34,361 bases of DNA. Origin: Paraglomus brasilianum (lineage: Eukaryota). The stretch is taken from positions 1 to 34,361 of the forward strand of contig CAJVPI010000343.1 of the NCBI GenBank assembly GCA_910592345.1, written 5' to 3'. Every line of letters starts with the position of its first letter. Positions within the stretch are counted from its first letter, which is position 1. The notes beneath the pieces are model-generated. The model was not told the origin of the DNA. It ran no database searches and saw only the letters and a program-made list of their open reading frames with translations. The position numbers were made by a program, and so were the translations under genes. Shown piece by piece: positions 34,201 through 34,361 of this stretch.

Positions 34201-34361
34201 GAAGATGTGGGTAAAAGAATCACTAGATCAGACTTGTCTAATGCTAAAGACACATATCTCAGAAATTTCAAGATACATGTATCTATATCAGTCACTGAAC
34301 ATTTCACAAAATTTTTGATTGACTTGCAATTTCATATGGGGCAGACTGCAACAAAACCAGA

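Overview
AT-rich, intron-rich eukaryotic nuclear DNA, most consistent with an early-diverging fungus (Mucoromycota, probably Glomeromycotina/Endogonales-like; this is an inference from gene content and intron style). Clear host genes: a ~24-exon importin-beta-4/Kap123 (10241-15421, one GC-AG intron), an intronless 14-repeat Sel1 protein, an intronless vWA + alpha-kinase, a 5-exon monoglyceride-lipase-like alpha/beta hydrolase, and a 42-aa spliced secreted Gly/Cys-rich peptide gene (30508-30703) that the ORF track misses. The intergenic space holds pogo-type TIR elements/MITEs, a mariner relic and a piggyBac relic. The main result is that at three separate sites the fungal DNA contains bacterial gene fragments that read through only if TGA = Trp (genetic code 4, Mycoplasma-type). 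These are an LRR fragment (1451-1675), a type III R-M methyltransferase fragment (6175-6330), and a ~1.4 kb mosaic (27700-29050) with glyQS and valS fragments plus a nearly intact XRE-HTH / small-ORF pair resembling a toxin-antitoxin operon. This looks like NUMT-style capture of DNA from a Mollicutes-related endobacterium. All family assignments come from motif recognition by eye; no database search was run.
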